Source: Planctomycetota bacterium | Lineage (GTDB): Bacteria > Planctomycetota > UBA8108 > SXIK01 | Reading direction: 5' to 3' | NCBI GenBank assembly: GCA_965223845.1 | Contig: CBDCXR010000004.1 | Location: 2,656,001 to 2,720,000 of the forward strand | DNA length: 64,000 nt | Shown here: in pieces, positions 31,110-40,191 of the stretch | How the letters are laid out: each line of letters begins with the position of its first letter | Position numbering within the stretch: position 1 is the stretch's first letter | Position numbers and translations under genes: made by a program | Notes under the pieces: generated by a model | The model's input: only the letters and a program-made list of their open reading frames with translations | Databases searched by the model: none | Told to the model about the DNA's origin: nothing

Positions 31110-34100
31110 TCAGCAAGCTCCGCCGTCCTCGCACGGAAGCCCGTTCACGCTCGGGTCCTCGCCACACTCGGGGAAGGGGTCCGCGGGAGGAGCTCCGTCG
31201 CGGAAGAGGTAGTTGAGGAACGAGACCGCGTCGTCGAGGCCGATTTCGCCCGACGCATCGGTGTCGAGCGCCGCCGCACAGTCGACGTCACCCGCCCCGG
31301 CGAAGAGGAAGCGGAGAATGCGCACTCCGTCACTCACGTTGAGCCGGCCGTTGCCATCGGCATCGCCCCGCGTGAAGACCGCGCCCTCGGGCGGGAGATA
31401 GGTGAACTCGAGCTCGTTTTCCGACTCGAGCTCGCCCGGGGGACCGAGGTTGATCACGCGCACACCGACCACGCCGCGCCCCGGCGGCGTGATCGCCCGC
31501 ACCGTCGTGCGCTCCTCATCGACGACCTCGGCCGATGGCGCCGGCACGCCGTCAAACTCGACGCGGACTCTCTCGGCGAAGTCCTCGCCCACGATGAACA
31601 CGGTGTCTCCTCCCTTCGCCGCCCCTTCGATCACGGAGAGCGTGTCGAGCTCCGGACGCGGAAAGATGACCGTGAGCAGCCGACGCGCCGGGATCCCCTC
31701 GCGTTCCTCTGCCGTGAGGACGAGGATCGTCGGCTGGCCTTCGATCCGAAGATCGTAGGGAACGGCGACGACCGCCTTCCCCCGCGCGACGCTGATGATT
31801 TCGGGCGACGGAAGTCCGTTGAAAAAGACTTCTGTCGTGTCGTCGAGACTCGGGCTCGTGATCTCGACGGTGAGATCGCCGCGGTGCGTCCCCCGCCGTG
31901 GTACGACCCGCGTCGCGCGCGGGATCTTGATCCCCGAGTAGGCGAATACGTGTTGCCGCACCGCCGTCGGCCGGTTGCGCGCGAAGCTCTCCATCTGCCG
32001 GATGTTGTTCTCCCAGGTGGTGAGCGGGAATCGTCCGCTCGGGGCGGGCAGAAGGGCTTCCTCCGCGATGTCGAGGCGCACGTCGGTCGTGAGCTTGTGG
32101 AGCCGATCGAGGACGTTCTCCGGCGACAGAGCCGTATCGAGGAGCTCGTCGAGCCGCGCGAGGAGATAGCGCTGGTAGCTCTCGTTTCGAACGAGTCGCG
32201 AAAGGATCAAGCCGAGCGGGACGTCCGAGCGGCCGAGCGCGTGCGTAAACGTGTTCGACGTATAGCCCCCGGGAATCCGTCCGACGCCGAACTCAGCGTC
32301 CCACGACATGAAGATCCACTTGCCGTCGGGCGTACTCGCGCGCCCGGCGTACCAATTGTTGTGCGGCCAGTCGTGGTTCTGTGCCCAGATGTTGAGGAGC
32401 ATGTAGTCGGTGTAGTTGGCGATATCGACGATCTCCCCTGCGCGAGCGAACACGTCCGGGTCGCGCATGTCGGCCGTGTTGAAGAACGCCTTCATCTCCG
32501 ACCACGATCGATTCGGGCGCGGCCCGTCGAGAATGTCCTCGCCGGTCTTGATCACTTCCCATTCGTTGTCGAGCTCGGGGAAGTGGTCCTCGAAGAACAC
32601 GTGGTCCATCCGCTCGACCACGTTGTAGAGCCCGCGGTACTGACCGTTCACGAAGAGGTTGTACCAGGCCCCCTGACTGTTCGGGTGCCCCATGTCGCCG
32701 TGAACATCGCGGATCAGCTCGTCGCGGATGAGCGAAGCCTGCTGCCCGGTGCGGAAACCGTCATTGAAATTCGAGCGGAGGACGAGCTTGTCGAACTCCT
32801 CGAGCCCGGAGTCCGGAATGAGCGGATAGTTCAGCTTTCCGACACCGTAGATGCGCCGGAAGTACATTTTGTAGGCCTTCTTGATATTGATGTCGCCCCC
32901 GCGCCCGGCACCGCCGTGGAGGCGAAGCCCCATGCCGGTTCCGATCTGTCGCCGGCCCGCGCGGTCGAAGATCTCGACGTGCCCCGGTCGCTCGGACGGG
33001 CGACCGCGGCCGCCACTGTTATTGTGGACGTTGCTGAAGTCGCCCGGCTGCATCGCGATCGACATGATGGGATGATCGAATCGGGTCGCGCGGAGAAAGT
33101 AGCTGTGCGTCGCAACGCGACTCACCGCCGCGCCTTCGTGAAACGCCTGGGCGCGAATGACGCGCGACGACGTCAGGCGAACCGGCTCCTCGTAGCGCTG
33201 CGAGGTTGCGCGCGGACGCGACCCGTCCGTCGTGAACCGGATCTCCGCGGCAAACGGAAAGCCCGCGTCGATCTCGATTATCACTTCGCGCTCATCGAAC
33301 TTCCCACCCGGCGGCGAAAACTGCGGCTCCTGCGGAATCGGCGTATCCGACCAGACCGTCTCGTTCGGTGCGAGCGGGGTCGGCTCGAGGAGGTAGTAGA
33401 ACTGTCCGTCGCCCCCGACCGGTCGTCCGTAGGACCGATCTTGAACCTGCTCGTCCATGGCGACGACGTCGACGGTCTCCTCGTTAGGATTCGTCAGGAT
33501 GACCGTCTCGCCCGCGCGGGCGATTTCGAAGTTCGTGTGGAGCGACGGGGGTGCGGTCCCGATCGTCGGTCGGAGCGAAAGATCGCCGCTGCTCGTCCGC
33601 GCGTTGAAGAGGGCGAACGCGATCAGATTCGTCCCCGGACGAAAGTGCTCGCGCGCCGGGGCGAAATCGAACCGCCAGGGATCGCGAGCCTCACGCGACC
33701 GCCTCGCCAAGGTACCGAAGTGCGGCTCCTCCTCGTCGATTTCGACGTTCGCGACGACGACGAGCTGGCCGTTGACGTAGCAGAGAAAACCGTCGTCGAC
33801 GAAGGTCTCGAGAAAGAGCGGCGGCAGCGCAGCCGGGTCTTCGATCTCGACGCGCGTCCGGAGGAGGACTGCGCCGATGTCCTCCGGGAGAACGGTGCGG
33901 TCATCATCGTCGCCGAAGCCGAACCCCGGCTTCCCCACGTCCCACGCGGCGTCGTCGAAGTCGAGCTCGGTCCAGCCGGCGGGAAACGCGAGATCAGCCG
34001 CCTCGACGTCGCCGTAGATATAGTGGTAGTCGGCCTCCTCCGTGAGGATCGTCGGCTCGAGCTGGACCGGCGAATCGTCGGCCGTAATCGACTCCACCGA

Positions 34101-34418
34101 CGGAACGAAGGAGTCCTTTCCCGAACACCACACGAGGATGCGCTCGCCCGGATCGATCGTCACCGCCGGGAACACCCACCTCCGCGGATCGCTCGAATCG
34201 TCGCTGATCGCGTACCCCTCGAGATTCACCGCCTCGGCCCCGAGATTCTCGAGCTCGACCCAATCGGAGCTGTCGCCGTCCTCGTCGAAGTTGATCGCGC
34301 GATTCGAAGCGAGGACTTCGCTGATCGCCACCTGAGCGTGAAGCGCGCCGGGCGACGCGAGAAACGCGGCGATCGACAACGCGGCCAACGGAAAGCGAAC
34401 GCAACTATCGACTCTCAC
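31110..34418 (-). CDS. Secreted CotH-family kinase with lamin-tail, jelly-roll, Fn3-associated, IPT/TIG and C-terminal dockerin-like domains
   Basis: GGGAGG RBS and GTG start. ISEVLASN...DWVEL (LTD); IRFTTDGSRP; KKAYK, LRS, YNVVE, NHDWPHNN, WDAE (CotH); GGDTVFIVG...FDG...AITPP (IPT); FTRGDADGNG..SD (dockerin-like). Confidence 0.85.
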   Translation of the reverse strand: MRVDSCVRFPLAALSIAAFLASPGALHAQVAISEVLASNRAINFDEDGDSSDWVELENLGAEAVNLEGYAISDDSSDPRRWVFPAVTIDPGERILVWCSGKDSFVPSVESITADDSPVQLEPTILTEEADYHYIYGDVEAADLAFPAGWTELDFDDAAWDVGKPGFGFGDDDDRTVLPEDIGAVLLRTRVEIEDPAALPPLFLETFVDDGFLCYVNGQLVVVANVEIDEEEPHFGTLARRSREARDPWRFDFAPAREHFRPGTNLIAFALFNARTSSGDLSLRPTIGTAPPSLHTNFEIARAGETVILTNPNEETVDVVAMDEQVQDRSYGRPVGGDGQFYYLLEPTPLAPNETVWSDTPIPQEPQFSPPGGKFDEREVIIEIDAGFPFAAEIRFTTDGSRPRATSQRYEEPVRLTSSRVIRAQAFHEGAAVSRVATHSYFLRATRFDHPIMSIAMQPGDFSNVHNNSGGRGRPSERPGHVEIFDRAGRRQIGTGMGLRLHGGAGRGGDINIKKAYKMYFRRIYGVGKLNYPLIPDSGLEEFDKLVLRSNFNDGFRTGQQASLIRDELIRDVHGDMGHPNSQGAWYNLFVNGQYRGLYNVVERMDHVFFEDHFPELDNEWEVIKTGEDILDGPRPNRSWSEMKAFFNTADMRDPDVFARAGEIVDIANYTDYMLLNIWAQNHDWPHNNWYAGRASTPDGKWIFMSWDAEFGVGRIPGGYTSNTFTHALGRSDVPLGLILSRLVRNESYQRYLLARLDELLDTALSPENVLDRLHKLTTDVRLDIAEEALLPAPSGRFPLTTWENNIRQMESFARNRPTAVRQHVFAYSGIKIPRATRVVPRRGTHRGDLTVEITSPSLDDTTEVFFNGLPSPEIISVARGKAVVAVPYDLRIEGQPTILVLTAEEREGIPARRLLTVIFPRPELDTLSVIEGAAKGGDTVFIVGEDFAERVRVEFDGVPAPSAEVVDEERTTVRAITPPGRGVVGVRVINLGPPGELESENELEFTYLPPEGAVFTRGDADGNGRLNVSDGVRILRFLFAGAGDVDCAAALDTDASGEIGLDDAVSFLNYLFRDGAPPADPFPECGEDPSVNGLPCEDGGAC

Positions 34419-34788
34419 GGTTTCCCTCCCGCGTCGGCCCGCTCGACCGACCTGGGGTCGGCACGGCCGCGAACCTCGAACAACACCCGGACGAACTCTC
34501 GAACTCTTCGACAACCCACGCCGCGACGGAGCGCTCGTCGGCGCGCGGGCTTACGGTCACGTCCGTTCCCGACCGCGTACGGCACCACGGCGCCGAACCG
34601 GTCCCTTCGTGTTCAGTTTCGGCGCGCGATCGGGCGTCACATCCTCTCGACTAGCCTCCGGGCTCTCGCGTGCCGCCGCAAGGAAAAAGCCCTCCGGTCG
34701 CTCGCTTCCCTCGGCCGCCGAACTCTTGGTACCATGGCCGCTTACCGATAGTAGCGGCAGCCGCAGCTCGAGCCAACGAGAGCGATTT

Positions 34789-35916
34789 ATGGTGGATCAA
34801 GCTCCTGGACTTACCCGCGTCCGCTCGGACTACCTCGGCGCGGGCACGTTCGCCGTCCTCCCGGACGACGGCGCCCTCGTCGTGAACACGACTTACGGGG
34901 TCCAGGCCGTCGGGCTCGACGGCAAGGTGTCCTGGCAGGCCGACCTCGGCGAGCGCTGCCTCGGGGTGACGCTGACCGATGACGATGACGTCGTGGCGAA
35001 CACGGTCCACGCGCAGCACAAACTCGCTCCGAACGGGGAGATTTTGAGCGTGAACAAGACGCGTCACGAGGTCGGCCATCCCCCGATCGCGTGGGGCCGA
35101 GCGACGCTTCTCGTCACGCTGTCGCGCATCTACGCGATGGAGCCCGATGGCAGCGTGCGGTGGAAGTTTCGGTTCCGCGAGGCACTAGGGGAGAGTGTCC
35201 GAGCCGTCCTCGTGCTCAGCGTGCTCCCGATCGGCGATGCCGTCGTCGTCGGAGTTGTCGACTACAACAGCGGCGTCGGCCAGGTGATCATCTTCGAGGA
35301 AGACGGTCGCATCCGCTGGCAGAGCGAGCTCGGCCCGCTCGCGAGTCTCTTTCCGATCGGGGACGATCGGTTTCTCTACACGCTCTCGGGCTACGGTCGC
35401 TTCGAGTCGTTCTGCCGCGACCTCCGCGGCGAGGAAGCGTTCCGCCTTCCAGTCGGCGGGCCCGGCGTCGAGCTCGAGGACGGACGACTCGCGATGGTCG
35501 TGGGCACGAACGAGTCGCCCGCGTGGGATCACTGGGAGCTGCGTCTCTTCGATCCGGCCGGCGACGAGCTCGACTCCCGCCCGGCACGCGGACGCGTGTG
35601 CTCTCCGCCCGTCCAGGGTCCGGATGGCCACCTCTACTTCTCGTCTTTCTTTCAGCCGCTCGACCCGGCCGAGAGTCGCATCGACTACACGAGCTATCAG
35701 CCGCAGCCCCCGTTTCTCGCGTTCGACTATCTGATGCGCGTGAAAGCAGCTTCCCATCAGTACAACGTCTCGTACTTCCGCGCGCCGATCGAAGGAGAGA
35801 TCGAAACGATCTTTTCCGATGTGGACTCCGTCGCGTTCGGGCCCCCGACGGCCGGTGACCGCCACGTGTTTCTCGTCCACAACAAAGACATCCTAGTGAT
35901 TTCGTGCGACGAATGA
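34789..35916 (+). CDS. Beta-propeller repeat protein (PQQ-like blades), no obvious signal peptide
   Basis: Repeated DG.V.W blades (DGKVSWQ, DGSVRWK, DGRIRWQ, DGHLYF). Confidence 0.7.
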   Translation: MVDQAPGLTRVRSDYLGAGTFAVLPDDGALVVNTTYGVQAVGLDGKVSWQADLGERCLGVTLTDDDDVVANTVHAQHKLAPNGEILSVNKTRHEVGHPPIAWGRATLLVTLSRIYAMEPDGSVRWKFRFREALGESVRAVLVLSVLPIGDAVVVGVVDYNSGVGQVIIFEEDGRIRWQSELGPLASLFPIGDDRFLYTLSGYGRFESFCRDLRGEEAFRLPVGGPGVELEDGRLAMVVGTNESPAWDHWELRLFDPAGDELDSRPARGRVCSPPVQGPDGHLYFSSFFQPLDPAESRIDYTSYQPQPPFLAFDYLMRVKAASHQYNVSYFRAPIEGEIETIFSDVDSVAFGPPTAGDRHVFLVHNKDILVISCDE

Positions 35917-35968
35917 GCGCTGCGCCCACGGCGCAAATGCACCACCCGCTCGAAGTCGAGAGCCCATC

Positions 35969-37234
35969 ATGAATCTGTTTCGTCTTCTCATCGACGAGCT
36001 CGTCTACCGAAAGACCGGTTTTCTCCTCGGAATCATCGCCGTCGGCGCCGCCGGGGCGCTTCTCGTGGGCGGTCCGACGATCATCGATGCGTACCGGCGC
36101 TCGAGCGAGTCGCAGCTCGCCGCGCTCGAAGCGAAAAACAAGGCCGAGCTCGACCGCCTCGCCGACGAGACGCGAAAGCTGATGCGCGACATGGGATTCA
36201 ATCTCATGATCGTTCATAGCGAAACGAACATGGCCGACTTTTGGGCGGATGATTTCGCGAAGGCCGACATGCCGGAGGAGTACGTCCAGCGGCTCGCGAA
36301 CGCGACGAATATCACGCTCGCGACGCATCTCGTCGCCACGCTCCAGCAGAAGATCGAGTGGAACGGGCGCAAGGTCCTCCTCGTCGGCTATCTCCCCGAG
36401 ACCGCTCAAGCTCACCGCGCGAAGAAGAAGCCGATGGGCTACGTCGTCGAGCCGGGGACGGTCTACCTCGGTCACGAGCTCGCGCGCGGGCGCGCAGTCG
36501 GCGAGACCACCGAGGTGTTGGGACGGAGCTTTCGCATCGCTCGCATCCTGCGCGAGCAGGGAAGCAAGGAAGACATCACGATCGCGATGGCGCTCAAGGA
36601 CGCTCAGGCGATTACCGAGAAGCCGGGACGCGTCAATCAGATCCTCGCGCTCGGCTGCCGCTGCGCGGGCGAGCGTCTGCCGAAAGTCCGCGCGCAGCTC
36701 GCCGAGGTTCTCCCCGACACGCAGATCACCGAGTTCCGCTCGATCGCTCTCGCTCGCGCTGAACAGCGCGATTTGGTCGAGGAGCAGAGTCGAGTTCTCG
36801 AGGCGGACCTCGCGGACAACCGGGCGAAGGGACAGCAGAAGCTCGAGCGTTTGGCGGCGGTGACGACGCCCCTCGCCGTTCTCGTCGCGGCGATCTTCGT
36901 CGGACTCCTCGCGCTCGGAAACGCGCGCGAGCGTCGGAGCGAGGTGGGGATCCTGCGCGCGCTCGGGGTGAGCTCGCGACGCATCGGCTCGCTCTTCCTC
37001 GCGAAGGCCGCGCTTCAAGGGGGCGTCGGCGGCCTCGTCGGCTTCGTCGTCGGAGACGCGCTCGCCCGGACAACCGGCGGCCTGTTCGAGATCGCGCCCG
37101 AGCAATTCGCAACGGCAACGGACGTCGCCATCGGAACGGTGGTCGGAGCGCCGATCGTCACGATGCTGGCGAGCTACATCCCCATTCTCATCGCGTCGGC
37201 GGAGGACCCCGCGAAGATTCTTCGCGAGGCGTAG
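35969..37234 (+). CDS. FtsX/MacB-like ABC transporter permease
   Basis: N-terminal TM, periplasmic domain, NARERRSEVGILRALG motif, 3 C-terminal TMs, DPAKILRE end. Confidence 0.88.
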   Translation: MNLFRLLIDELVYRKTGFLLGIIAVGAAGALLVGGPTIIDAYRRSSESQLAALEAKNKAELDRLADETRKLMRDMGFNLMIVHSETNMADFWADDFAKADMPEEYVQRLANATNITLATHLVATLQQKIEWNGRKVLLVGYLPETAQAHRAKKKPMGYVVEPGTVYLGHELARGRAVGETTEVLGRSFRIARILREQGSKEDITIAMALKDAQAITEKPGRVNQILALGCRCAGERLPKVRAQLAEVLPDTQITEFRSIALARAEQRDLVEEQSRVLEADLADNRAKGQQKLERLAAVTTPLAVLVAAIFVGLLALGNARERRSEVGILRALGVSSRRIGSLFLAKAALQGGVGGLVGFVVGDALARTTGGLFEIAPEQFATATDVAIGTVVGAPIVTMLASYIPILIASAEDPAKILREA

Positions 37235-37375
37235 CCTGAACTCCCGCAACTCGCCCGGAGTCGCGACACCTCGTCGCAAGGTGGGAGCGTGAGACGAAGG
37301 GGTGTGCTGCGTTGACGACCGTGAGCCGAAACCGTGGACCGTAACCGTCGATCGCAGCTCGTGGAAGATCCAGAG

Positions 37376-38629
37376 ATGAATCGATGCCCTCCACGCCCCC
37401 GCACGCGAAGGACCGACTCCGTCGGCGCCTCGTCCGCCGGTCGCCTCCGCACTCGTTCTGCGCTCGCCCTGTTCGGACTCTCCGCGCTCGCAGTGCCGCT
37501 GTGCGCGTGCCCCTACTCGATCCGCGACGCCGCATTCCTCGTCCGTGACGGGTCGACTCCGTTTGCGCTCTATCTTTCCGCGGACGCTGAGCCGAACCTC
37601 GACCCGTGGATCGCCGCGGCCGCGGCGCGTCATTTCGCGGGCTCGTCCATGGTCGCTCGATCATTCGTCCTCGGCGCGGACGACGAGCGCGACCTGCCGC
37701 CGGAAGCCATGCGGGCCTTCGCCGTCCGACCTGCCCCGCCGGCCGTGTTCGTCGCCCCGAACGGCGGGGCGCTTGCGCTCGGAATCGCGTCGGATCGGCC
37801 GTGGCGCAAGGAGACCGTCAACGAGCTCATCGGGGCCGCCGCTTCGTCTCCCCTCCGTACGGCGCTCCGAGCGTCGCTCGCCGAGGCGTGGTGCGCCGGG
37901 GTGTTGGTTCCCGGCACCGACTCCGCCGCGAACTCCCGGGCGCGGGCCGCATTCGAGAGGGCGGCGAAGGAATTCGTCGGGCACGAAACCGAGCTCGGGA
38001 AGACCGTCAAGGCGCCTCCGGTCCTCTTCGAGACGACACCCGAGGAGGACGTCGTCCGGTGGAGCCAGGGGCTCGGCGGCGAGCGGACCGAGCCTCGACT
38101 CGTCCTCATCGTCGGTCGCGGGGAGCGCCGAGGATCGATTCTCGAGGGCGAGGAGATCACCCCGCCTAGGCTCACCGAGTGGTTTACCATGCTCGGCCGG
38201 AGCTGCTCGTGTACGACGGATCCTAAGTGGATGACGGGGCCGGCGATCCCCATCGTCTGGGGACCGGCGGAGGAAGCGGCGGTGCGAGCGGAGCTCGGCT
38301 TCGATCCGGCGGACCCCGACGTGCTCCGTGCCGTCAGGATCGCTCACTCCGAACCTACGACGAGCGCTCCGCCGGGTCTCGGCTACGAGGAGTTCGATCT
38401 CGAGCGGTTCGCTGAAACGCACGGAGAATCGCTGAAGGCCTCGAACACGTCAGCAGAGCGGTCGCTCGACGCAAACGAAGATCCCGAGCGAGCAGCGACG
38501 GTCACCCCCGCGCAGCGGCGCGCCACGGCTCCAAACGCGCGGTTCGGACATCGCGTCGTCCTCGCTCTCGCCCTCGCGGCGAGCATCGTTCTCGCGGCGG
38601 TCACCGCTCTCGTTCTCGGCCGGCGCTAG
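37376..38629 (+). CDS. Hypothetical exported protein with CPY and CSC motifs and a C-terminal TM anchor
   Basis: Hydrophobic signal ending LCA-CPYSIRD, RSCSC, C-terminal hydrophobic helix followed by GRR. Start uncertain. Confidence 0.7.
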   Translation: MNRCPPRPRTRRTDSVGASSAGRLRTRSALALFGLSALAVPLCACPYSIRDAAFLVRDGSTPFALYLSADAEPNLDPWIAAAAARHFAGSSMVARSFVLGADDERDLPPEAMRAFAVRPAPPAVFVAPNGGALALGIASDRPWRKETVNELIGAAASSPLRTALRASLAEAWCAGVLVPGTDSAANSRARAAFERAAKEFVGHETELGKTVKAPPVLFETTPEEDVVRWSQGLGGERTEPRLVLIVGRGERRGSILEGEEITPPRLTEWFTMLGRSCSCTTDPKWMTGPAIPIVWGPAEEAAVRAELGFDPADPDVLRAVRIAHSEPTTSAPPGLGYEEFDLERFAETHGESLKASNTSAERSLDANEDPERAATVTPAQRRATAPNARFGHRVVLALALAASIVLAAVTALVLGRR

Positions 38630-38776
38630 GTGCTAAGTTCGGTGACCCGGGCGCGATTCCGGGAATTCCCGATCCCGCCCGCTCGCGTCAAGCCGTAGAG
38701 TGGTGCGGTCGAATCGAAGGATCTCGTCGCCCCGAAGACGAGAACTGTCCGCTCCGTTCTCTCCGCGAGTGCCACG

Positions 38777-39094
38777 ATGCGAAATCTTCTCCTCCTCGTC
38801 GCCGTCTCGGCGACGCTCCTCTCCTGTGCGACCTCGACGCGAGAGTTCGTCGACGAGGCGGTCGGTTACTCTGTGACGCGCGGTGATCTCGTGTACGTGC
38901 GTGGCCTCGCCTTCGAGTCGCGGAATCGTCTCGCGGACGGCACCGCCGTCACGATCTCGACCTCCGATTGCGAGATCAGCCTGCGCCTCGGAGAACGCAA
39001 CGAGGTCATCTCCGCGAAGCCGAACAGCGTCCTCGTCTTCGGTCCCGATGACGACTACCTCCTTCAGCCGTACGCGGCGCGCGAAGCGCCTTAG
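38777..39094 (+). CDS. Small hypothetical lipoprotein
   Basis: MRNLLLLVAVSATLLSC lipobox-type signal, 105 aa. Confidence 0.7.
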   Translation: MRNLLLLVAVSATLLSCATSTREFVDEAVGYSVTRGDLVYVRGLAFESRNRLADGTAVTISTSDCEISLRLGERNEVISAKPNSVLVFGPDDDYLLQPYAAREAP

Positions 39095-39132
39095 TCGGCG
39101 GAGAGTCGCGGTCGCGGCTGGGGCGTCTCGTT

Positions 39133-40086
39133 TCAGCGCCGTACGGCTCGCACGATGGTCCGGAGGAGATCGGGGACCGCCACGTCATCCTCGGGAAGCG
39201 CGAGCTCGAGCTCGATCGGCTCGAGTTCGGTGTGCGACCCATTGTTGAGGTCGAGGATGTTGCTCCGGAACGGGCCGCGGTAGACCTTGAGCCCGCTCAC
39301 GTCGAGAGTGAGCGCGTCGAGGTCCTTCAACTGTTTTCGCTCGAACGAGAGATGCAGATGGGCGGTCTTCTCGGCGAACACGAGCGCGGAGAACGGCCGT
39401 CCGATGATCGGCTTCCTCTCGCGGCGGCCCGCGTAGTAGAACCGCGCGATCCGTAGCTTGCCGGCGCGAAACCCAGCGGGAGTGATCGGCGTCTTGAGCC
39501 GGAGCTGACGCGAGCCCCCCCGCAGTTCGACGAGACCGTCGGGAAGACGCTTCTTCTCGAGCGTAAAGAGAGTCGTGCGCGGCCCCGATCGCCGCGCCGT
39601 GTTGTCGAGTCGAAGGTAGACTCCGGCGTTTCGACGGTCGAACTTTGCGCGGCGGAAGCGCGCGCGAGTCCGCGAGATCGCACGATCGTGGGAAGCTCCG
39701 TCGAGACGCTGATCGAGGTACACTCGCGCGATCGCGTACGACTCCGGGTCATCGAGGTAAACCGCGCGAGCGCGGAGCGAATTCGCCGTGGCCTCCGCGG
39801 CGCCCTTCTCGATTCGCTTCAAGTACTCGGCGATCGGTGCGGCGTCGCGCGGCGGAGCGAGGTTCTCGGGCGTCCGTGGCGCAGGCGGGCTCTTTCCGCG
39901 CGGCGGAGACTTGCCGGGTTCGGGGAGCGGCGGAAGATCCTTCCCGCACGGCTCGTCGTCGTCTGCGTCCGGCTCGGGAAGAGGAGGAAGATCCTGTCCG
40001 TGGAGTCGCTCACCGAGGACGCCGAGTGCGGAGACACAGGCGATCGCGAGCAAGACGAAGCTTCGGGGCGCGTACGCGCGGATCAT
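39133..40086 (-). CDS. Hypothetical exported protein with a Pro-rich duplicated N-terminus
   Basis: AGGAGG RBS, signal peptide, DLPPLPEP x2, GKSPP x2. Confidence 0.7.
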   Translation of the reverse strand: MIRAYAPRSFVLLAIACVSALGVLGERLHGQDLPPLPEPDADDDEPCGKDLPPLPEPGKSPPRGKSPPAPRTPENLAPPRDAAPIAEYLKRIEKGAAEATANSLRARAVYLDDPESYAIARVYLDQRLDGASHDRAISRTRARFRRAKFDRRNAGVYLRLDNTARRSGPRTTLFTLEKKRLPDGLVELRGGSRQLRLKTPITPAGFRAGKLRIARFYYAGRRERKPIIGRPFSALVFAEKTAHLHLSFERKQLKDLDALTLDVSGLKVYRGPFRSNILDLNNGSHTELEPIELELALPEDDVAVPDLLRTIVRAVRR

Positions 40087-40191
40087 CGCTCCTCCTTTCG
40101 TGGGTCACCGGAGATCCATCGAACCGCGCTCCGGCCCCACCGGCAAGCGGGAACTGACCGATGACTCCGCGTTCGGTTTGCTCGCACCTGC

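Noticed and set aside
31884-34751. 955-aa + strand ORF, and similar long ORFs such as 29359-31212, 35288-37633, 12490-14169, 27896-29518 and 58158-59717
   Set aside because: They lie antisense to well-supported genes and have no motifs. Such shadow ORFs are expected from high GC and biased codon usage.
37318-37348. Four ACCGT copies within 31 nt in an intergenic region
   Set aside because: Irregular spacing (13, 7 and 6 nt) and a very short unit; not supportable as an operator array.
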